DNA of 64,000 bases from Hyalangium minutum. GTDB lineage: Bacteria; Myxococcota; Myxococcia; Myxococcales; Myxococcaceae. Below are positions 58,881 to 64,000 of the stretch, piece by piece. The notes under the pieces were generated by a model. It searched no databases. It was given only the letters and a program-made list of their open reading frames with translations, and was not told where the DNA came from. How positions within the stretch are numbered: position 1 is the first letter of the stretch; the number at the start of each line of letters is the position of its first letter. The stretch spans positions 10,536-74,535 of the forward strand of contig NZ_JMCB01000021.1 of NCBI RefSeq assembly GCF_000737315.1. The letters are read 5' to 3'. The position numbers were made by a program, and so were the translations under genes.

Positions 58881-59810
58881 CTACTTCTTCGGAGCCGCCG
58901 GCTTGGCGGGCGTAGCGGGCGCGGCGGCCTTCTTCGTCGGCGCCAGCCCCTTGTAGAGCATCTCCAGGTACACGGGCTCCTTGATGAAGAAGTTGCCCCA
59001 GCTCTTGTACTTCTCCGGCAGGCCCTCGGCCTTCACCTGCTCCAGCGTCTTGCCCGCATCACGCTTGGCGCGGACGATGGACGTCGTCTCCTTCAGCATG
59101 GCCAGCGCGCGTTCCATGTCCTCCTTGGCCGCCATCGGCCCATGGCCCGGGATGATCTTCACGCCCGGCGGCAGGCTCTGGACGATCTTCTCCAGGTTGG
59201 CCAGGTAGCCGTCCGGGGTGCCGCCGTTCTCCATGTCGAAGAACGGGAACGTGTCCACGACGAACTGATCGCCCGTGTGCATCACGTTGGAGCCGGTGAA
59301 GTACACCACCGTGTCTCCGTCCGTGTGCCCCGCCGGGTAGTGCGTCAGGCGGATCTCCTCGCCGTTGAAGAAGAGGGACATCGCGTTGTCATAGGTGATG
59401 ACGGGCAGTCCCTCCTTGGGCAGCGCCGGCACCGGGTTGCCGAAGATCTTCTGGTCGTTGGCCAGGCGCACGCGCACCTGATCCTGCGCCACGATACGGG
59501 CCTCCTTGCCAAAGGTGGTGTTGCCGCCCGTGTGGTCGAAGTGCCAGTGCGTGTTGAGCACGTACTGCAGCTTCCCCTTGTTCAGCTTGGCGAGGGCCGC
59601 CTTGATCTTCTCCGCGAGCGGCTGGAACTGGTCATCCACGATCAGGATGCCGTCCGGGCCCACCGACGCCGCGATGTTGCCACCTTCGCCCGTGAGCATG
59701 TGCACGTTGCCAGCGACGGGTGCCGACTTCACCTCGACCTTCGAGAAGTCCTGCTGCTGGGCGAGTGCCAGAGCAGGGACGAACGCCAGGGCCGCAACGA
59801 GGGCTTTCAT
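58881..59810 (-). CDS. Secreted MBL-fold metallo-hydrolase (cyclase-like)
   Basis: Signal peptide; NTHWHFDHTGGN, GHTDGD, HTGD, IPGHG. Confidence 0.92.
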   Translation of the reverse strand: MKALVAALAFVPALALAQQQDFSKVEVKSAPVAGNVHMLTGEGGNIAASVGPDGILIVDDQFQPLAEKIKAALAKLNKGKLQYVLNTHWHFDHTGGNTTFGKEARIVAQDQVRVRLANDQKIFGNPVPALPKEGLPVITYDNAMSLFFNGEEIRLTHYPAGHTDGDTVVYFTGSNVMHTGDQFVVDTFPFFDMENGGTPDGYLANLEKIVQSLPPGVKIIPGHGPMAAKEDMERALAMLKETTSIVRAKRDAGKTLEQVKAEGLPEKYKSWGNFFIKEPVYLEMLYKGLAPTKKAAAPATPAKPAAPKK

Positions 59811-59885
59811 TCGAGAACAACTCCAAGGGTAGAGCGTGTGTGCGCGGCACCTTACCCGCTCTCCCCCCGCGAGGAAGCGGTTTCG

Positions 59886-60518
59886 CTAGCGGTTCCAGGG
59901 GCAGTCCACCACGTTCACCGTGCGCGTCAGCGCCGGCGCCGTGTGGCCCGCTCCATCCGAGAGCTCGTACAGCAGCGTGTAGGTGCCCTCGACCCAGCCG
60001 TTCACGTAGCCCGTCTGCACCACCTCGCTCGTGAGATCCCCGTAGCACACGTCCGACGCCGTGAAGCCCGGATCCTCGAAGTTCGTGCCGCACGCGTGCG
60101 TGATGTCCGCGTCCCCATTGAGCGTCAGCGTCGGCGTCTGCGTGTCCTGCACATTCACCGTGCGGATGACGTCCGCCGAGTTCCAAGCTTCGTCGTGCGC
60201 CGCGTACTGCACGTAGTAGATGCCCTCGGCGCTGGCGTTGGGACCTGGGCCGTACTCGTCATTGCCCGAGTTGTAGGTGATCACCGGCAGCGGGTTGCCC
60301 TCCGCATCCGTCGCGGTGGCCCCCGGGTCGCTCCAAGAGTCCACGCCGCACTCCAGCGTCAGCTCCGCGGCGCCGTTGAGCGTCACCGTCACCGCTCCGT
60401 CCAGCGACTGGCCCTTCCGCGCCAGCAGCTCCTCTCCCTCCAGGGCCGCACCGCCACAGCCCACCAGGGACAGTCCAAGCGTGCTGATCAGCACCTTCCA
60501 GGTCTCGTTGATGCGCAT
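59886..60518 (-). CDS. Lipoprotein with two DUF5011-like Ig domains
   Basis: LVGC lipobox; repeated TLNG..LEC..DPGATATD..G / DPGFTASD..G. Confidence 0.85.
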   Translation of the reverse strand: MRINETWKVLISTLGLSLVGCGGAALEGEELLARKGQSLDGAVTVTLNGAAELTLECGVDSWSDPGATATDAEGNPLPVITYNSGNDEYGPGPNASAEGIYYVQYAAHDEAWNSADVIRTVNVQDTQTPTLTLNGDADITHACGTNFEDPGFTASDVCYGDLTSEVVQTGYVNGWVEGTYTLLYELSDGAGHTAPALTRTVNVVDCPWNR

Positions 60519-60898
60519 GGTTTCCTCCTCGAGTTCACGCCGGGTTGCTGGAGCCATTGAGCGCCCGCGGAGAGAAAACTGGGAGGTCCTCACCGGTCAC
60601 AAAAAATGAATGTTCTCAGGAGGTTGGCTGCTCACGTCCAGAGCGCAAATCGAGGTAGCGACCCACCCCAGGTGGGTGGCAGCCGACACCCGATTCCGGA
60701 CACGCGCTCCGAGCAGGACCGTCCTCCAAAGGGGCCACCGCACACCATGAGCGCGGAAGACTCGAAAGTGCCGTGGTCCCCTGCTTCCACTCCAGAGCGG
60801 CAGGCTCCGAGATACAGCCCCATCGTGTTTTTCCCGCGAAACCACTACGCTGCGGACCCATTCGCTCCCCTCTGCTCTTGCCGGACCGGAGAACCCCC

Positions 60899-61141
60899 AT
60901 GCGCCGCACAGCTCTCGCCGTTGCTACTGCGTTCGTCCTCGGTGCGCTCAGCCACGCTGCCTATGCCGCCAGCCCTCCGAAGATCGAGGACGGGCTCACG
61001 TACCTGCGCTACGCGCTCAACGCGCTCAAGCGCGCCGAGGTGAAGGACAAGGCCACCGCCAGCCGCGACCAAGCCGTCCAGCTCACCGAGAAGGCCATCG
61101 AGGAAGTGAACAAGGCCATCAAGGCCAACGCGGAAAAATGA
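60899..61141 (+). CDS. Small secreted helical protein
   Basis: Signal peptide ending AYA; two amphipathic helices; GGAG SD. Confidence 0.7.
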   Translation: MRRTALAVATAFVLGALSHAAYAASPPKIEDGLTYLRYALNALKRAEVKDKATASRDQAVQLTEKAIEEVNKAIKANAEK

Positions 61142-61295
61142 TCCGTGCCAAGGGGGTCTCTTTGGACTCCTCACGGGGAGAAACCTTCTTAGGCAACTGG
61201 AATTCTCTCCGGGCGATAACCCCCACAAGGGGAGGTGCTGCCACCTCCCGCCCCGGTGAGCCGAACCGGGAGCTCCTGTCTTCACGAGGTACGTC

Positions 61296-64000
61296 ATGTC
61301 TGTCAGCAACGTCGGTGGTGGTGGTTCTTCCAACCGGGCGAATGATCGCGATGAGCCCAAGGTCCAACCGAAGCCGAAGGATCCTCCGAAGGCCGAGGGT
61401 GCCCAGGCGCAGCAGACGGGCACCAAGACGGCGAAGAACCAGGTCAAGCCCAACCAGGTGAAGCCGAAGTCGGACGGCTTCGAGACCCAGACGAGCTCGT
61501 CCAGCCAGCGCAGCCAGCAGCAGGCGATGCTCGGCTCCACCACGGCGCCCGAGAAGACGGAAGCCACTGAGCATGCCCAGGCGGGCGCGCTGGAGAAGCT
61601 GGGCCTGACGGCCGAGGACGTGGTGATGGCCGGCAACAACGCCGCGCCGCACCTGGAGAAGGCCGCGCAGGCCGCGGTGAAGGGCAACTACGAGGAGGCG
61701 CTCGGGCACCTGAAGGACGCGGCCACCTCGTCGCCGAAGATCGCCGAGAAGGCCGTGCGCGGGCTGGCGCAGAACCTGCCGGACGGCGTCGCCAAGACGC
61801 TGCTCACGGACAAGGCGCTCGTGCAGGAGTTGGTGAACAACAGCGCGCTCCACTCCTCCGTGGGTAAGCTCATCAAGAACCCCACGGACCTGGGTGCCGT
61901 GCGTGAGCTGGTCGGCAATGACAAGCTCCGTGACGCCACGCTCACCGCGCTGGGCAAGGACCCGGGCGTCCAGGCGCAGCTGGAGAAGATTGGCCTCACG
62001 CCTGAGGACCTCGTCCAGGCGGGCAAGGCCGCTCCGAAGCTGATCGAGTCCTTCGAGAAGCTCCAGGCGGGCGATGTGAAGGGCGCCCTCACGGACTTCC
62101 AGAAGGCCGTGGAGGCCGCTCCGGATCTGGCCGCCAAGCTGGGCCAGAAGCTGCTCGACAAGGTGCCCCAGGGCATCAAGGACCAGTTCGCCAAGCTCGG
62201 CATCACCCCCGAGGCCCTGCAGAAGTCCGGCGACGCCCTCCCCCACCTCTATGACGCCGCCGATGCGGCCGCGAAGGGCGAGTGGCAGAAGTCCTTCGAC
62301 AGCCTCAAGCAGGCCGCGGGTGCCGCGCCCGAGGTGGTGCAGCAGGCCATCAAGGGTCTGGCCAAGCAGCTCCCCGACAGCCTTGGGGCCGTCAAGTCGC
62401 TGCTCACCGACGACGCGTTCGTGAAGGAGCTCGCCACCAACAAGGACCTGCATGATCAGGTCGGCAAGCTCTTCAATGACTCCACGCGCATGGAGGGCCT
62501 GCGCGGGCTGCTGGGCAACGACAAGGCCCGCGACGCCGCGCTCACCGCACTGGGCAATGATCCGGGCGTCAAGGCGCAGCTCGAGAAGATCGGCCTGACG
62601 CCGCAGGACCTCGTCCAGGCGGGCAAGGCTGCTCCGAAGCTCTGGGACGCCTTCGAGAAGCTCCAGGCGGGCGATGTGAAGGGCGCCCTCACGGACTTCC
62701 AGAAGGCCGTGGAGGCTTCTCCGGATCTGTCCGCCAAGCTGGGCCAGAAGCTGCTCGATAAGGTGCCCCAGGGCATCAAGGACCAGTTCGCCAAGCTCGG
62801 CATCACCCCCGAGGCCCTGCAGAAGGCCGGCGCGGCTCTGCCCAAGCTCTATGACGCGGCGGATGCGGCGTCCAAGGGTGACTGGAAGGGTGCCTACAGC
62901 GCCCTCAAGGATGCCGCCGCTGCTGCTCCGGATGTCGCGACCCAGGCTCTCAAGGGTCTGGCCAAGCAGCTCCCGGACAGCCTTGGCGCTGCCAAGTCCC
63001 TGCTCACCAACGATGCGTTCCTCAAGGAGCTCGTCTCCAACAAGGACCTGCAGGGCTCGCTCGAGAAGCTCGTCGGTGGCGACACCAGCGCCATCAAGGA
63101 CCTGCTGCGCAACGACAAGGCTCGCGACGCCGCGCTCACCGCCATCGGCAATGATCCGGGCATCAAGGCTCAGCTGGAGAAGATCGGCCTGACGCCGCAG
63201 GACCTGGTCGCCGCGGGCAAGGCCGCTCCGGCCATCATGGATGCCTTCGAGAAGCTCCAGTCGGGCGACGTGAAGGGCGCCCTGACTGACTTCCAGAAGG
63301 CCGTGGAGACCTCGCCCGAGCTGGCCGCCAAGCTGGGCCAGAAGCTGCTCGACAAGGTCCCCCAGGGCATCAAGGACCAGTTCGCCAAGCTGGGTATCAC
63401 TCCCGAGACGCTCCAGAAGTCGGGCGCCGCTCTGCCCAAGCTCTATGAGGCCGCGGACGCTGCTTCGAAGGGTGACTGGAAGGGTGCCTACAGCGCCATC
63501 AAGGACGCGGCGGCCGCCGCTCCGGAGCTGGCGACTCAGGCCCTCAAGGGTCTGGCCAACCAGCTGCCCGACAGCCTCGGCGCTGCCAAGTCCCTGCTCA
63601 CCAACGATGCGTTCCTCAAGGAGCTTGTCTCCAACAAGGACCTGCAGGGCTCGCTCGAGAAGCTCGTCGGTGGTGACACCAGCGCCATCAAGGACCTGCT
63701 GCGCAACGACAAGGCCCGTGACGCCGCTCTCACTGCCATCGGCAACGACCCGGGCATCAAGGCTCAGCTGGAGAAGGCCGGCCTCACCCCTGAGGACCTG
63801 GTCGCCGCTGGCAAGGCCGCTCCGGCCATCATGGATGCCTTCGAGAAGCTCCAGTCGGGCGACGTGAAGGGCGCCCTGACTGACTTCCAGAAGGCCGTGG
63901 AGACCTCGCCTGAGCTGGCCGCCAAGCTCGGCCAGAAGCTGCTCGACAAGGTCCCCCAGGGCATCAAGGACCAGTTCGCCAAGCTGGGTATTACTCCTGA
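61296..64000 (+). CDS. Large alpha-helical tandem-repeat protein, 3' partial (at least 901 aa; not in the ORF track)
   Basis: ATG at 61296 with GAGG SD; open GC3-rich frame to the window end; MSVSNVGGGGSS...SDGFE N-terminus followed by repeats. Confidence 0.9.
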   Translation, partial: MSVSNVGGGGSSNRANDRDEPKVQPKPKDPPKAEGAQAQQTGTKTAKNQVKPNQVKPKSDGFETQTSSSSQRSQQQAMLGSTTAPEKTEATEHAQAGALEKLGLTAEDVVMAGNNAAPHLEKAAQAAVKGNYEEALGHLKDAATSSPKIAEKAVRGLAQNLPDGVAKTLLTDKALVQELVNNSALHSSVGKLIKNPTDLGAVRELVGNDKLRDATLTALGKDPGVQAQLEKIGLTPEDLVQAGKAAPKLIESFEKLQAGDVKGALTDFQKAVEAAPDLAAKLGQKLLDKVPQGIKDQFAKLGITPEALQKSGDALPHLYDAADAAAKGEWQKSFDSLKQAAGAAPEVVQQAIKGLAKQLPDSLGAVKSLLTDDAFVKELATNKDLHDQVGKLFNDSTRMEGLRGLLGNDKARDAALTALGNDPGVKAQLEKIGLTPQDLVQAGKAAPKLWDAFEKLQAGDVKGALTDFQKAVEASPDLSAKLGQKLLDKVPQGIKDQFAKLGITPEALQKAGAALPKLYDAADAASKGDWKGAYSALKDAAAAAPDVATQALKGLAKQLPDSLGAAKSLLTNDAFLKELVSNKDLQGSLEKLVGGDTSAIKDLLRNDKARDAALTAIGNDPGIKAQLEKIGLTPQDLVAAGKAAPAIMDAFEKLQSGDVKGALTDFQKAVETSPELAAKLGQKLLDKVPQGIKDQFAKLGITPETLQKSGAALPKLYEAADAASKGDWKGAYSAIKDAAAAAPELATQALKGLANQLPDSLGAAKSLLTNDAFLKELVSNKDLQGSLEKLVGGDTSAIKDLLRNDKARDAALTAIGNDPGIKAQLEKAGLTPEDLVAAGKAAPAIMDAFEKLQSGDVKGALTDFQKAVETSPELAAKLGQKLLDKVPQGIKDQFAKLGITP
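61590..64000 (+). repeat. Intragenic tandem repeat, period 594-600 nt (198-200 aa)
   Basis: Anchor CTxGAGAAG (LEK) at 61980, 62580, 63174 and 63768; later copies nearly identical at the DNA level. Confidence 0.95.

Noticed and set aside
60519-60898. 380-nt intergenic region with a small hairpin (GCGACCCACC/GGTGGGTGGC)
   Set aside because: No tRNA, riboswitch or sRNA features recognised; most likely divergent promoters.
1-64000. Many long overlapping ORFs in the six-frame track (e.g. 1861-3816, 7385-9055, 12473-14518, 28023-30491, 31163-33013, 40603-42516)
   Set aside because: They are antisense or off-frame shadows of recognisable genes, expected at this GC content, with no family motifs.
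63998-64000. Terminal 'tga' as a possible stop for the repeat protein
   Set aside because: It is out of frame (ACT CCT GA.); the gene continues beyond the window.
61590-64000. Tandem repeats as a CRISPR array or mobile element
   Set aside because: The period is about 594 nt, in-frame and protein-coding, with no spacers, cas genes or terminal repeats.

Overview
High-GC (roughly 70% by eye) chromosomal window from a myxobacterium, probably Cystobacterineae. The assignment rests on an aglRQS gliding-motor operon, a DUF2378-type protein and many lipoproteins. I found no rRNA, tRNA, CRISPR array, transposase or integrase. From left to right the window holds: an ankyrin gene and a ThDP-enzyme/aldehyde dehydrogenase pair with a LysR; a purine (urate/allantoin) catabolic cluster (allB, alc, uraD, uraH, an aldolase/lyase-fold orphan, and puuD with an extra heme domain) behind a structured leader; a LysR/PNPOx pair, a Ser/Thr kinase, and a peptidase plus ABC exporter; housekeeping genes (thioredoxin, FKBP, CDF, nadE, HADs) and several hybrid histidine kinases; aglRQS divergent from an MshEN protein and a coupled pair of kinases, one lacking its ATP-binding domain; a pterin locus (queD, folB-cupin, pteridine reductase). 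It ends in an accessory region (about 46.6-64 kb). That region contains a duplicated secreted Cys/Tyr-rich protein flanking a membrane-anchored partner, a five-gene translationally coupled all-lipoprotein operon (vWA, Ig/PKD, Cys-rich PPC, 6x IPT/TIG, Cys-rich) with atypical codon usage, and a very large alpha-helical 198-aa tandem-repeat protein that runs off the window and is absent from the ORF track. All family calls come from motif recognition by eye; no database search was run. Start codons were adjusted by hand where the ORF track over-extends.
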